64,000 nt of DNA from an uncultured Acidobacteriaceae bacterium (GCA_963797885.1 CAWCRQ010000143.1:2349-66348); one strand, 5' to 3'; numbered from the stretch's first letter, positions 1 through 10,314 are shown. The notes: generated from the letters alone by a model not told the origin. Numbers and translations are program-made.

Positions 1-980
1 CCCTTGTCATGCATGAACTGTTCTAGCAGGTTGGTGATGCCTATGCCCGCGGTCCCGAAGCCAAATACAACGATCTTCTGTTGCTCTAGTGGCACGCCCG
101 TAACGTTGATGGCAGAGAGCAGCGTCGCGGCCGCTACCGCCGCAGTGCCTTGAATGTCGTCGTTAAAAGTGCATAGCTGGTCCTTGTAGCGAGCCAGAAG
201 TCGAGCGGCATTCGAGCCGGCAAAATCCTCCCATTGCAAGAGAACGTGCGGCCATCGTTTCTTTACGCTGTTTACAAAAACATCTACGAAAGCGTCGTAC
301 TCTTCGCCGCGGACCCGATGATGCGTCCATCCAATGTAAATTGGACTCTTTAACCTGTCCTCGTTGTCCGTTCCCACATCGAGCAGAATCGGAAGACAAT
401 GCTCCGGATGGATGCCGCCGAGCGCCGTGTAAAGGGCCATCTTCCCAATTGGGATACCCATGCCTCCCGCACCTTGATCGCCGAGCCCCAGGATTCGTTC
501 ACCATCGCTGACCACGATGCATTTCACACCGTCGTAACGGGAATGACTTAGGATCTGATCGATACGATGTTTATTCGGATAGCTGAGGAACAAACCTCGT
601 GGCTTTCTCCATATCTCACTGAAGCGCTGGCAACCCTCACCCACCGTTGGCGTATACACCACGGGGAGCATCTCTTCGATATTGCGCAGCAAGAGCGCAT
701 AGAACAGCGTCTCGTTCGAATTCTGCAGGTCGCGGAGAAAGCTGTATTTATGGAAGGCGTTCGGCTGCTCCCGGAATGCTTGAATCCGCCTCTCAATCTG
801 TTCATCAAGACTCCCCACATGCGGTGGCAATAAACCGTGCAGGCCAAATATATCGCGTTCGTGATCCGTGAAGGCTGTTCCCTTATTGAGACGCGGAGAA
901 TTGATCAGGCCATATCCCGAAAGAGAAATCTGGATGGCCTTGTTGCTTGCTGTCTGCTGTAATTGCTCGTGCATTTCCAT
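1..980 (-). CDS. NAD(P)-dependent malic enzyme, N-terminal ~326 codons (3' end beyond left window edge)
   Basis: Absent from the ORF track because no stop lies in the window. Hand translation of the reverse strand from ATG at 980 (alt. 974, GAGGA upstream) gives MEMHEQ..NKGTAFTDHERD..VVYTPTVGEGC..SDGERILGLGDQGAGGMGIPIGK..FNDDIQGTAAV..VFGFGTAGIGI, with no internal stop. These are classic malic-enzyme motifs. Confidence 0.85.
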   Translation of the reverse strand, partial: MEMHEQLQQTASNKAIQISLSGYGLINSPRLNKGTAFTDHERDIFGLHGLLPPHVGSLDEQIERRIQAFREQPNAFHKYSFLRDLQNSNETLFYALLLRNIEEMLPVVYTPTVGEGCQRFSEIWRKPRGLFLSYPNKHRIDQILSHSRYDGVKCIVVSDGERILGLGDQGAGGMGIPIGKMALYTALGGIHPEHCLPILLDVGTDNEDRLKSPIYIGWTHHRVRGEEYDAFVDVFVNSVKKRWPHVLLQWEDFAGSNAARLLARYKDQLCTFNDDIQGTAAVAAATLLSAINVTGVPLEQQKIVVFGFGTAGIGITNLLEQFMHDK

Positions 981-1447
981 CCTCTTCCCAATCCGGTTTA
1001 GCATGTTTGTGAACATGGCGGGCGAACGCAGCGGTACGGATTGTTTGCAACATGCGCATCTGTGGCCAGCCGCTTCCATTCAGTATGCCAGAGCCCGAGT
1101 GTTGCCGAGAATACCCGATGGCACGATACGTCTGCCAACTGGCGAGTCCGGCGCTGTCGACGAGCCCACCATACAGTCTGAGACCGACCGCTACATAGCG
1201 TGTCCCGCAGTTCGCGGAAAGAATTGAGCCCCAAGTTTGACATCCGCAGCTTCCACGACGTAAGACCTGATGGGACACCAGGAAGAAAGCAGAAGCTCGG
1301 GCCACACGCAAACGTGTACGACAGGCGTCTCCTGAGATCCGAGAACTTGCTATTATTTGAGAGGAAGGTTTGCGATACTTCCCTCTCTGTCAGTAGGCGC
1401 GGGCAGCCCTGATTTCTGGTCCGCCCATGCTGCTTTTAACCAGAAGT

Positions 1448-1524
1448 GGGCCCGTAGCTCAAGCGGATAGAGCATCGGATTTCTAATCCGAGGGTTGCAG
1501 GTTCGATTCCTGCCGGGCCTACCA
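1448..1524 (+). tRNA. tRNA-Arg (anticodon TCT), CCA encoded
   Basis: Cloverleaf read by hand: acceptor GGGCCCG/CGGGCCT, D arm GCTC..GAGC, anticodon stem TCGGA/TCCGA with loop TTTCTAA, T arm GCAGG-TTCGATT-CCTGC, discriminator A, then CCA. Confidence 0.9.
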
Positions 1525-1670
1525 TATCAACCCGTTGTATACACGACTAATTGGCGAGAGGCGCAAAAACGGGGATGGCTAAACTGCCCGCTTTTGGTGC
1601 AACTATGCCCCGAAGTCTGCCCAAACTCGGAGGTTGAACGCGGCGGCTGCGGCGCTGCCCTTGTATCTAG

Positions 1671-2168
1671 GAAGGCACCGCAGTATCGCCGCTGGGACTT
1701 GTTCAGATCGGTCCACTTCTCTACGTGGTTGGAAACACCGGCCCCGCGAACAACACCTTGTACCAGGTATCCATCACCAGCAACATCATGAGCCCCAGCA
1801 TCGCGGGCCCCAAAGTGTCCAGCAACTACACCAACGGCTATTACGCCGCCGGCCTTCAGGTCTCTGAGTTTGACGCCGGCACCTTCGACTATATTTTCCT
1901 GAGTGTGCTGGCCTATGGTGTTCCGGCCGCCTGCACCGCGCCCTCGCTCAACAATGGCTGCGTCATTGGCTACGACGTGACCAGCGGCACGATCAGCGGG
2001 AGCACGACGCCGACCGGGGCGACCGCTGAAGCGGGCGGCACGAGCGGGATCGTGGTCGATAGCGGCGCTGCAGGCGCGCAGAACATCTATTTCTCGACGC
2101 TCCTCAACCAAACCTGCACCGGCGGCACGGGCGGCTGCGCCATACAAACCACGCAGGCAACGCCCTAG
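1671..2168 (+). pseudogene. Orphan C-terminal fragment of a larger secreted or repeat protein (no credible N-terminus)
   Basis: The frame is open from 1671 with no signal peptide or RBS. The sequence ..NIYFSTLLNQTCTGGTGGCAIQTTQATP looks like the tail of a large Gly/Thr-rich extracellular protein. It starts 147 nt after tRNA-Arg. Confidence 0.35.
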
Positions 2169-2335
2169 AGCAGGGCTAAACAGGCGAGTACGGGGCAACC
2201 GGACTGAAGCTTTCGCTGGAATATTTTCGGCGGACAGTGGCGCAGAAAGAGCAGCCGGCGTAGTCGGAGCGGCGCCTTGAACGTCTGTCATGCTCCATAC
2301 TGCAAACTGCAAACCAGTGGAATGAAAACTCCCGC

Positions 2336-3472
2336 TCAGCGGGTTTGTTCGTCGAGCGCCGGACCGATGGAGAGAACTGCGAGCAGGCGCAGAATTTCTT
2401 CGCGCTCGCCGGAATCGCGGAACATGAAGCGCACGCCCATGCCAAAACCGGGATGGGTGGCCAGCACCTGCCCCCTGATTCTCAACTTCGTATCGGCAGC
2501 GCGGACCAGAATCTCCACGCCCGACTGCCCGGAGAGTGGGGTTGGCATTTCAACGTAGCAGCCGCCCTCGCTGATATCGGACAGGGCGCAGCGATTGGGG
2601 ACGCTGGTGCCGAGGCTGTAGACCTCCGCTCCCAGTTTGCAGGCGAAACGTTGCTCGCCGCGGCGGTTGCCGGCATGGGAGAGGCGTGTGGAATTTGTTG
2701 ACTCGGACTTCGGCTCGCGCTCGGAGCGAGACTGGGTCGCGGACGCCTGAGCCTCCGCGGCCCGGCCGGCAGACGACGGCGCCGGCAATGCGGTTGCCGG
2801 GCGGCCATTATTCTGCAGCCAAGTCTGCATGAGGCGGCGCGAAGCCTGAGGCACGTCGAGGAAACGAATTCCGGTGCGGCCGCTCGCGTCCTGCCAAGCC
2901 ACCTCGCCCGACAAGCGCACCAGTTGTGGCTGACCGGGCAGAGCGAACTCGAAATAAACCTTGCATGCGGACGGAAAGCGGCTGGCGCTGTGGAACGAAG
3001 TTCCGCCGTCGCTGAGGTCGGTCAAGACGGCGTTCCGTTCGGGCGCTCCGGCATAGGCGAGGTTGGCGGTCGAATGCACGGGCGTGCGGGGCGCGCGGCG
3101 GCGTTCGCGGCGCATGAGGCTGCGGGCCGCGCGCAAACTGATGCGGGTGCGCTCGGAAGAGAGCGGGCGATAGAGAACAAAGTTGGCGCCGAGCCCGAAC
3201 ACGGGCCGGGCATTGAACTCGCTATCGACGACGGCAATCAGCATGCTGGCGCGGTTTTTGGCCGACTGCCGCAAGCGCGCCAGGAATTCCTCGGAACTCT
3301 GGTCGGCGCGATAATCGAGGACGATGGCATCGAAGCGCTGGCTGTCGAGCAGTTCTAATCCGCGGGAGATCGAAGGCGTATGCTCGGCCGCCATCCCCAT
3401 CTCGGAGAGGATGAACGTGAGCAGGCTGGCTGAGTCCTGATCCGGGCACACCACGAGGGCGCGTAGATCCAT
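2336..3472 (-). CDS. Receiver-like domain protein with two PilZ (c-di-GMP binding) domains
   Basis: N-terminal CheY-like fold (MDLRALVV..FDAIVLDY..). Two RRxxR plus D/NxSxxG pairs are present: RRERRRAPR..LTDLSDGG and NRRGEQRF..LSDISEGG. The track ORF starts at 3511; MDLRALVV at 3472 is the more likely start. Confidence 0.8.
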   Translation of the reverse strand: MDLRALVVCPDQDSASLLTFILSEMGMAAEHTPSISRGLELLDSQRFDAIVLDYRADQSSEEFLARLRQSAKNRASMLIAVVDSEFNARPVFGLGANFVLYRPLSSERTRISLRAARSLMRRERRRAPRTPVHSTANLAYAGAPERNAVLTDLSDGGTSFHSASRFPSACKVYFEFALPGQPQLVRLSGEVAWQDASGRTGIRFLDVPQASRRLMQTWLQNNGRPATALPAPSSAGRAAEAQASATQSRSEREPKSESTNSTRLSHAGNRRGEQRFACKLGAEVYSLGTSVPNRCALSDISEGGCYVEMPTPLSGQSGVEILVRAADTKLRIRGQVLATHPGFGMGVRFMFRDSGEREEILRLLAVLSIGPALDEQTR

Positions 3473-4000
3473 AGTAACTGCATGGTAAGAGAGAGTCGGG
3501 GCCAACGACAAGTTACCTGTGTCACGGTGGGGTGCAATTTAGACTTTCTTTCTTGTGCTTTTGTCCTTAGTTTTCTTCTTGTTTTCGAGAGCGCGCGGTA
3601 GGTCGCGACTTTAGTCATTTGCGGCTTTGGTTGGCGGGGGATAAGCTGACAGGACGTTGGTGGGATTTTCTTTAAGCGAAGACCTTCATTAGCGACTCAA
3701 TTCCGAGCCGCGGCGAGGGCGCAGCGAAACGGAGCGTGCTTAGCAAGCGAGCGCCACACGGCACGATCGTAACTCTCATGGAATTACCTTACTAAAAGAC
3801 AGTGTACGAATGGCCGGTGTACCCCGGTACTTTGACGTACCACGGAACAGTTCCTACCATCGAGTTAGTCAGGCAGGTGTCGGTCCGGCGATCCGCAAAG
3901 AGTCGCGGGAAGATATCGGGCTGACGAATTCCAGTTATACGAGTTTTTTTTGGACGATTTTGTTTTACGGAACGGGGAGCCGCGGGAACGGCAAAAGCTT

Positions 4001-4672
4001 ATGAGAAGCCTCGAAACAAATGCGTTGCATCGCAGGCGTCGGGAGAGCGGCTTCACTTTGCTGGAAATGGCGGTGGTGCTGGCGATTTCCATCATCATGT
4101 CGGTGGTCTCGGTCATCAGCCTCATGCCGCTGCTGAATCAGCAGCATGTTACCAATGCATATAACACGACGCTGGCGGCGATGCGTCAGGCGCGCGACAA
4201 TGCGGTGTCGCAGCGGACATCGTACTCGGTGACTTTTTCAAACACTGTCTCGCCTAACACGATCACGGTGGCGCTCGCGTCGGCGGCATTTCAGGGCGAC
4301 CAGAATACCGTGATCTATCAATTGCCGTCGGATGTAAAGTTCTACGCGGCATCGACGATCGCCTCCACCACGCCTCCGGACAGCAGCACCACGGCGAACT
4401 TCGGCTCGGGGGCACACGCGATTGACTTTGGCTACACGGGAAACGGGGGCGCGGGCGGGCAATCGACGGTCTACTTCTGCCCGGACGGTTCGGCGCAGAC
4501 CACGTCCACTTGTGCCGGCTCGGGCAACTGGGATGATGGTGTGGTGTACATCGCGAATCCGCTAAATCTAATGAGTTCGCGGGCGGTAGACCTGTGGGGC
4601 GCAACCGGCCGCATTCACGGATGGCGGCTCTACAGCACTGGGGGGTCAAGCTACCAATGGGTACGTCAATGA
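4001..4672 (+). CDS. Prepilin-type N-terminal cleavage/methylation domain protein (GspH/FimT-like minor pilin)
   Basis: ..RRRESGFTLLEMAVVLAISIIM.. is a class III signal peptide (G|FTLLE plus hydrophobic helix). First gene of a same-strand pilin cluster. Confidence 0.75.
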   Translation: MRSLETNALHRRRRESGFTLLEMAVVLAISIIMSVVSVISLMPLLNQQHVTNAYNTTLAAMRQARDNAVSQRTSYSVTFSNTVSPNTITVALASAAFQGDQNTVIYQLPSDVKFYAASTIASTTPPDSSTTANFGSGAHAIDFGYTGNGGAGGQSTVYFCPDGSAQTTSTCAGSGNWDDGVVYIANPLNLMSSRAVDLWGATGRIHGWRLYSTGGSSYQWVRQ

Positions 4673-5295
4673 TCGGGCGCGGGAAAAGTTCTCAGGTGCG
4701 GAAGCAAGCGGAGAGTGGAGTTTCGCTGCTGGAAGTTGTGATCTCGATGGCCGTGCTGACAGTGGGAATGGTGAGCATGCTGGGCGTGTTCGGGCTGGCC
4801 ATGGCTTCGACGCAGACTTCGCAGCAGAGCATGATCGCCAAGCAACTGGCGAACGAGGCGTACGAGACTATCGTGACCGCGCGCAACTCCGGTCAGATCA
4901 CCTGGGACGACATTCAAAATACGGGCTCCACCAACTGCCCCATCAGCGGCGCCGCCAGTTGCGGCATCTTCGCGAATCCGACGACTCCGCAACCGATGTA
5001 CCAGGCGATAGCGACGGGAAACTACGCCGGCATCCTGGGGACCACTTACGACGTGGGCCAGCCCGAGCAAACTCTACAGGACCCAGGGCCCGACGGGATT
5101 TTTCAGACGGCGGACGATACGTTTATCCCTTTGACCGGCTATAAGCGCACGATTCTGATCGGGCAGGTGACCGACGCGAACGGCAACGTGCTGGCTTCGC
5201 TGCGAAGCGTGACGATCACGGTGCAGTACTCGACTCCGCAGACGAATACGCCGAAAACCTACATTTTGAATTCGTACATTTCGCAATACCAGTGA
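4669..5295 (+). CDS. Prepilin-type minor pilin (PilV/GspI-like)
   Basis: MIGRGKSSQVRKQAESGVSLLEVVISMAVLTVGM.. is a prepilin motif. Its ATG overlaps the upstream stop (ATGA at 4669-4672). Confidence 0.7.
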   Translation: MIGRGKSSQVRKQAESGVSLLEVVISMAVLTVGMVSMLGVFGLAMASTQTSQQSMIAKQLANEAYETIVTARNSGQITWDDIQNTGSTNCPISGAASCGIFANPTTPQPMYQAIATGNYAGILGTTYDVGQPEQTLQDPGPDGIFQTADDTFIPLTGYKRTILIGQVTDANGNVLASLRSVTITVQYSTPQTNTPKTYILNSYISQYQ

Positions 5296-5304
5296 AGGGG
5301 AGTT

Positions 5305-6450
5305 ATGAGCGATCGCTCAAAGCGCGCGAGTGGATTCAGCCTGCTGGAAATGACGATCTCCATGGCACTGGGAGGGATCGTGCTGGCCGCAGCGGTGCAG
5401 ATCTACATCCAGGGGGTGCAGGCGGCCTGGACGACTACGCAGCGGGCGGAGATGCAGCAGGATTTTAGGGCCGCCTCCAACATATTGACGAAGGACCTGA
5501 GCCTGGCCGGGGCGGGACTAGCCCTCGGGGCGCAAATCGCCCTGCCGTCCGCGACCCCTCCGGTTTATGGCTGCGCTCAGACGACGGGGAAGCCGTGCTA
5601 CATCAACGGCGGGTCGGTGCCATATCCCACGCCTTATCTTTACGGGCTGCTCCCGGGATATCAAAAAGGGCCTACGCTGCTCGCGTTGCAGGGACCGACC
5701 GACGTGGTCACGGTGGTATACACGGACAACAATTTTTACTTGGACTGCTACACGGCAACCATCACGAACACGACGACCGTGACCTTCTCACTGCCCACGC
5801 CCACGCCGCCTGCGACGGGGAGCACGAATTGCACTTCGCCGACCGGCAACCCTGGGGTGCAAGCCGTGAGCGATTCGGCGGTTGGACTGACGGCTGGCGA
5901 TCTGGTCTTGTTCACCTTTGGCGCAGCCAACGTGGTGGCCGAAGTCACCGCCAACGCCGCTGGAGACGTCGTCACCTTCGCCGCCAACGATGCGCTGAAC
6001 ATGAACCAAGCGGCAGGAGTTAGCAATAGCCTGGCCCACGTGGCGACGGGCACTACCGGATATGGAACGCGCCTTCTGGTGATCAGCTATTACATCGACA
6101 ACAGCCCCACTCCGCCGCGACTGATGCAGCAGGTCAGTGGACACACACCTATCCCGGTGGCGGAAAACGTGGTTTACCTGCAGTTTACCTATGACCTTTT
6201 CAACGCCACCACCAATAAGCCGGCGGTGGGCTGTTACAACCCTGGCGCTAATCCCGATGGCTGCGGTGGCGCTTCGGCTGGACTTCTGCCCAACCAGATC
6301 ACCAAGATCAACATTGCGAACATGGCGATGGATAGCACTTTGCCGGGCGCGGGATATGGCGGAAGCAGTTATCAGAGAATGGATTTGCAGACATCGGTAA
6401 GCGCGCGGAACCTGACGTACACCAACAACTATCCAGTTGCAGCTCCGTAG
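5305..6450 (+). CDS. Prepilin-type minor pilin (PilW-like)
   Basis: MSDRSKRASGFSLLEMTISMALGGIVLAAAV.. has a prepilin N-terminus. Size and operon position match PilW-type proteins. Confidence 0.7.
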   Translation: MSDRSKRASGFSLLEMTISMALGGIVLAAAVQIYIQGVQAAWTTTQRAEMQQDFRAASNILTKDLSLAGAGLALGAQIALPSATPPVYGCAQTTGKPCYINGGSVPYPTPYLYGLLPGYQKGPTLLALQGPTDVVTVVYTDNNFYLDCYTATITNTTTVTFSLPTPTPPATGSTNCTSPTGNPGVQAVSDSAVGLTAGDLVLFTFGAANVVAEVTANAAGDVVTFAANDALNMNQAAGVSNSLAHVATGTTGYGTRLLVISYYIDNSPTPPRLMQQVSGHTPIPVAENVVYLQFTYDLFNATTNKPAVGCYNPGANPDGCGGASAGLLPNQITKINIANMAMDSTLPGAGYGGSSYQRMDLQTSVSARNLTYTNNYPVAAP

Positions 6451-6473
6451 CGGCGGAGCTGGCGAAGCGGAGT

Positions 6474-9400
6474 ATGACGAAAGAGGACGAGACGTTGGAA
6501 AACGAGGCAATGGGAGCGACCACCATGGGGAGATACAGTAGAAAGGACGCGAGACTGCACACCAAGGGATTCACACTGATTGCATCTTTGCTGATGTTGT
6601 TGCTGCTGTCGGGGATCGCGATCGGGCTGATGCTGATGGTCAACACCGAAGGCAAGGTGGGCGCGACCGATCTGCAAAACAACCTGGCTTTTCACGCCGC
6701 CGAGGGAGGCATCGAGAAGATGTTTTCCGACCTGTCCGCGGTGTTCCAGGCCGCGCAGGCCCCCTCTGCCAGCGCTATCTGCAGCGTAGACAACAATCCG
6801 CCGACGATGGTGGGAGTCACCTGGAAAGACTATTCGGTGACATCGCCGGGTTTGACTTGCCCGGCATCGTCAACGACATCGGTGACCCGGAACTGGGGAC
6901 CGGTCCAATCCGGACCGAACGCGGGTTTGTATGCGCAGATCATCCCGGTAAACATGCTGGTGACGGCGGACTTCACAACCGGCGGGCAGGAAGTGAGCAT
7001 GACACGGCAGGCGCAGGTGGCGCTGATTCCGGTGTTCCAGTTCGGAATGTTTTGCGATGGCGACTGCTCCATCTTCCCCGGCTCCGATATGGTTTTTGCC
7101 GGCCCCGTTCACGCCAATGGGGACTTCTACCCGTTCGTTAATGGTGGCGCCAACTTGACCTTTCAGAGCAAGGTGTCGGTATTCGGCAACATGGTTCGGA
7201 CCTTGCTGCCCAATACCAATGCCGCGAGCATAAAAAAAACCGGCAATGTATATGTTCCAACTTCCAACAGCGCCACGGCTTGCAGCATAACTACGCCAGG
7301 TAACCCGCCATCCACAGCTGCTGGGAATAATTGTGTGCAGCTCGATGCGGTCACCTCCGCCACTTACGGGGACGGCAGTGTGACGGGGATGGGGACCGGT
7401 GCGGCGCAGACGACGGCGAACTATTACAGCGCTTTTAATACTTGGTCGAACGGCACCACTCACGATCAGTTCATCAACGGGAACTATTATGTCACCGGAG
7501 TTAGCACGCCTCCGGGGACGGGAGCCAATAAACTGTCGATGCCGTTCGTCAACGGGACCAACTTCCCTTACGAAATTATTCGGCGGCCCCCGGCGGGCGA
7601 GTCGGCCACGTCACAGCTGGGCGAATCGCGCGAATATAATATGGCGCAGATTCACGTGCTGCTGAGCGACGATCCGGCGGACTTGCCGGGCGGAGCTACG
7701 GATAAGAATAACGTCCGGCTGGCGAATGTAACGCAAACGACGGGCAACACGGTAGTGACGCCGTGGGGAGTTACGATTTCTGCCGCCAACTACGTCCCGG
7801 CGACGTTCGGGACGCCGTCGGCGGGCACCTATAACCTGTACTTTGCCACCGCGTCGAATTCAGTTCCAATTCCCTTCTATTGCGTGGGCACTACCTGCCC
7901 CTCAGACGACTGGTCCCTCCCACCGGTGCAATGGACGGCCGCGATGGCGGCCGCAGATGGAATCACCTATGCCGCGCCCGTGCCGGCTAACGCCCCGATC
8001 TACTGGAATAACGGCCCCGCCCCGACAGTTAGCCTTTGTCCACCAACAGGCGTTATTGCAACCAGCACGCCCGCTCCAACCGCCAACTGCGAGGCGAATG
8101 GTGCCTGGACGACCACTTATCCGTACTACGCTATGCCCAAGCCCTCTCTTCCCGTCGTCGCCGGCGCCCTAACCCCCTATAACTCGACTAGCTCCGATTC
8201 TTGGGGACTGATTGATGGCTGGCTGCGGGTGGAATATCTGAACAATTCCAGCCAATGGGTCGGGGTAACCAACGAATGGCTGCAACTGGGATTTGCGCGG
8301 GGAGTGACAGCACCGACCGCCGCCTCTCCTAACCCGATCAATCCGAACGCGATTCTGCTGCTACAAGAGCCGGCCGATCGCTCCACGACTAGCACGCTCG
8401 CCACCATCTGCACTTCGACTTCCTGCCCCGCAGGATCGCTGACCGCCCTCTCCACCGGTATTACGGCTACCCCCAATGCCACTGCCCCGGTCTGTAACAC
8501 GTGGAGCGGGGCCGTGGGTACTAGCACCTGCCTAACGTGGACGCCGGGCGTGCCGCCGCAACTGGCGGCGGATACGGCAGCGTTAGCAGCATCAGGGACG
8601 GCAGCGACGACAGGGAAAGCGGGCGATTGGGCGTTCGGCCTTACCCCCGCCCCTCCCACTACGACAACACCGCAGAGCATCACCATGTACAACTGGTATC
8701 CCATCAACTTCTACGATGCCCGCGAAGGCGAGCCTCGGGACATAGACTGGTCAACCGTCAGGGCGGCGGACAACAGTTGCACGACCAACGGGGTGATGAA
8801 CGCGGTCGAAATCGATGTGAGCAACCTGATGGACTGGCTAAACGGAACGACCCCCGGAAGCGGCCAAAGTGTGAATTCTTCGGCGCAAAACGGCTACATA
8901 CTGTATTTCTCGGATCGGCGGGGCATGCTGCCGAATCCGAACCTAACTTCTTCGCACCCTGCAAACACTAAGAGCGGGGACTCGGGGCTGGAGGACACGA
9001 TTAACTCCGCAAGTATCGTCGGCACACCCAACAACACGCTGGAGACGAAGATGACCGGAAAGGCTTTTTCTCCCGAGGACGACAATCAGAACGGCGTACT
9101 CGACAACTGGGGCGCGTATAACCTGGGATTAGGCTTCTACGGTACGGTTTTGCCGGCTAACAATACCACGAACCTGAATGCCAAGATCGTCAGCACCAAC
9201 CCGGCACCCAATCCGTATGGTACGGTGGCAGCCAGCGGCGGCGATCGGATTAACTTTTGCGGCAGAACCGGGCGCAAGAACTGGGTTAGCGGGGCGCGCC
9301 ACGTTCTGAAACTGGTGGATGGGTCGCTCGGCAACGTACCGCTGATGCCCGCTCCAGTGGTGTATAACTCAGTAAACTACTGGGGTGGATTCACGGTGGC

Positions 9401-9986
9401 ATCGGAGAATGCGGTGTACATTCAGGGCGATTACAACAGCAGCGCGGCCGACACGACCTGGAGCGCAACCCCTAAGGACGCAACTGGAATGGCGGCTGCG
9501 GCTGTGATCGCCGATGCGGTCACTCTCCTCTCAAACAACTGGGACGACAGGGTAAGCATGGTGGGTAGCGTAGCCGGCAACACCTCGCCCACCACCTATA
9601 CGAACCGGGCGGCTAAGACCACCTACTACCGGTTGGCAATCGCAGCCGGGAAGAACATGACGTTCACCAACCCGGCGGCTTGGCCCGAGACAGGTGCCGA
9701 AGATGACATCGGCACCGACGGAGGCATCCACAACTTCCTGCACTTGATGGAAGACTGGGGCAACGGATCCGTTGAGAATTACAAGGGTTCGCTGGCGAGC
9801 CTATACTACTCAACTTACAACACCGGGTTCTACAAGTGCTGTACCGCCGTATACGGGGTCCCAACGCGAAATTTCTCTTTCGACCTGGACTTCTCCGTTC
9901 CGGCAGGCCTGCCGCCCGGAACGCCGATGTTTCGCGACGTGGAAAGCCTGGGGTACCGGCAGTTGTTTGCGACACGCAACAACTAA
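6474..9986 (+). CDS. Very large PilX_N-domain pilus protein (putative tip or adhesin component)
   Basis: The N-terminus KGFTLIASLLMLLLLSGIAIGLMLMVNTEGKVGATDLQNNLAFHAAEGGIE matches the PilX N-terminal pattern (hydrophobic helix ... AF.AAEaG). A ~1100-aa Thr/Pro/Asn/Gly-rich body follows. Last gene of the pilin operon. Confidence 0.7.
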   Translation: MTKEDETLENEAMGATTMGRYSRKDARLHTKGFTLIASLLMLLLLSGIAIGLMLMVNTEGKVGATDLQNNLAFHAAEGGIEKMFSDLSAVFQAAQAPSASAICSVDNNPPTMVGVTWKDYSVTSPGLTCPASSTTSVTRNWGPVQSGPNAGLYAQIIPVNMLVTADFTTGGQEVSMTRQAQVALIPVFQFGMFCDGDCSIFPGSDMVFAGPVHANGDFYPFVNGGANLTFQSKVSVFGNMVRTLLPNTNAASIKKTGNVYVPTSNSATACSITTPGNPPSTAAGNNCVQLDAVTSATYGDGSVTGMGTGAAQTTANYYSAFNTWSNGTTHDQFINGNYYVTGVSTPPGTGANKLSMPFVNGTNFPYEIIRRPPAGESATSQLGESREYNMAQIHVLLSDDPADLPGGATDKNNVRLANVTQTTGNTVVTPWGVTISAANYVPATFGTPSAGTYNLYFATASNSVPIPFYCVGTTCPSDDWSLPPVQWTAAMAAADGITYAAPVPANAPIYWNNGPAPTVSLCPPTGVIATSTPAPTANCEANGAWTTTYPYYAMPKPSLPVVAGALTPYNSTSSDSWGLIDGWLRVEYLNNSSQWVGVTNEWLQLGFARGVTAPTAASPNPINPNAILLLQEPADRSTTSTLATICTSTSCPAGSLTALSTGITATPNATAPVCNTWSGAVGTSTCLTWTPGVPPQLAADTAALAASGTAATTGKAGDWAFGLTPAPPTTTTPQSITMYNWYPINFYDAREGEPRDIDWSTVRAADNSCTTNGVMNAVEIDVSNLMDWLNGTTPGSGQSVNSSAQNGYILYFSDRRGMLPNPNLTSSHPANTKSGDSGLEDTINSASIVGTPNNTLETKMTGKAFSPEDDNQNGVLDNWGAYNLGLGFYGTVLPANNTTNLNAKIVSTNPAPNPYGTVAASGGDRINFCGRTGRKNWVSGARHVLKLVDGSLGNVPLMPAPVVYNSVNYWGGFTVASENAVYIQGDYNSSAADTTWSATPKDATGMAAAAVIADAVTLLSNNWDDRVSMVGSVAGNTSPTTYTNRAAKTTYYRLAIAAGKNMTFTNPAAWPETGAEDDIGTDGGIHNFLHLMEDWGNGSVENYKGSLASLYYSTYNTGFYKCCTAVYGVPTRNFSFDLDFSVPAGLPPGTPMFRDVESLGYRQLFATRNN

Positions 9987-10025
9987 ACGCAGCGCCCAAC
10001 GAATTCACTCAACGAGTTCACTTCA

Positions 10026-10053
10026 CCCCGATCCGCGAGGATCGGGGTTTTTG
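10026..10053 (+). terminator. Rho-independent terminator of the pilin operon
   Basis: CCCCGATCC-GCGA-GGATCGGGG followed by TTTTTG, about 40 nt after the stop at 9986. Confidence 0.7.
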
Positions 10054-10314
10054 TTGGTTTGAAGGTGCTCCGGATCAGCTGGGCTGGCGGAGAGGCGGGA
10101 TGGGCTCGCTTCCCTTGGGGGCAACGGGCTCTTGGATGCGGGTGGAGTTCGTCCAGACGACAGGCTGCGAGCACTCGAAGGTAGCGCGCCAGCAGCCGAT
10201 CAGGCGGGGACCACAATGCGATTCCATCCAGCCTTCGCTCTCTGCTGCAGCGCTGAGAGCGTGGTCTTCTTTTGATGCGTGTCACATAAATGTGTGACCG
10301 GGAACCATGTGCAT

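Noticed and set aside
1527-2312. 261-aa minus-strand ORF overlapping tRNA-Arg flank and the plus-strand gene tail
   Set aside because: Ala/Arg/Gly-rich composition typical of antisense ORFs in GC-rich DNA. It has no motif, and it overlaps a more protein-like frame on the other strand.
3940-4000. GG-N10-GC motif (GGGAACGGCAAAAGCT) as a sigma-54 promoter for the pilin operon
   Set aside because: The -12 region is AAGC rather than TTGC, and the motif ends 3 nt before the start codon, leaving no room for a transcript leader or RBS.
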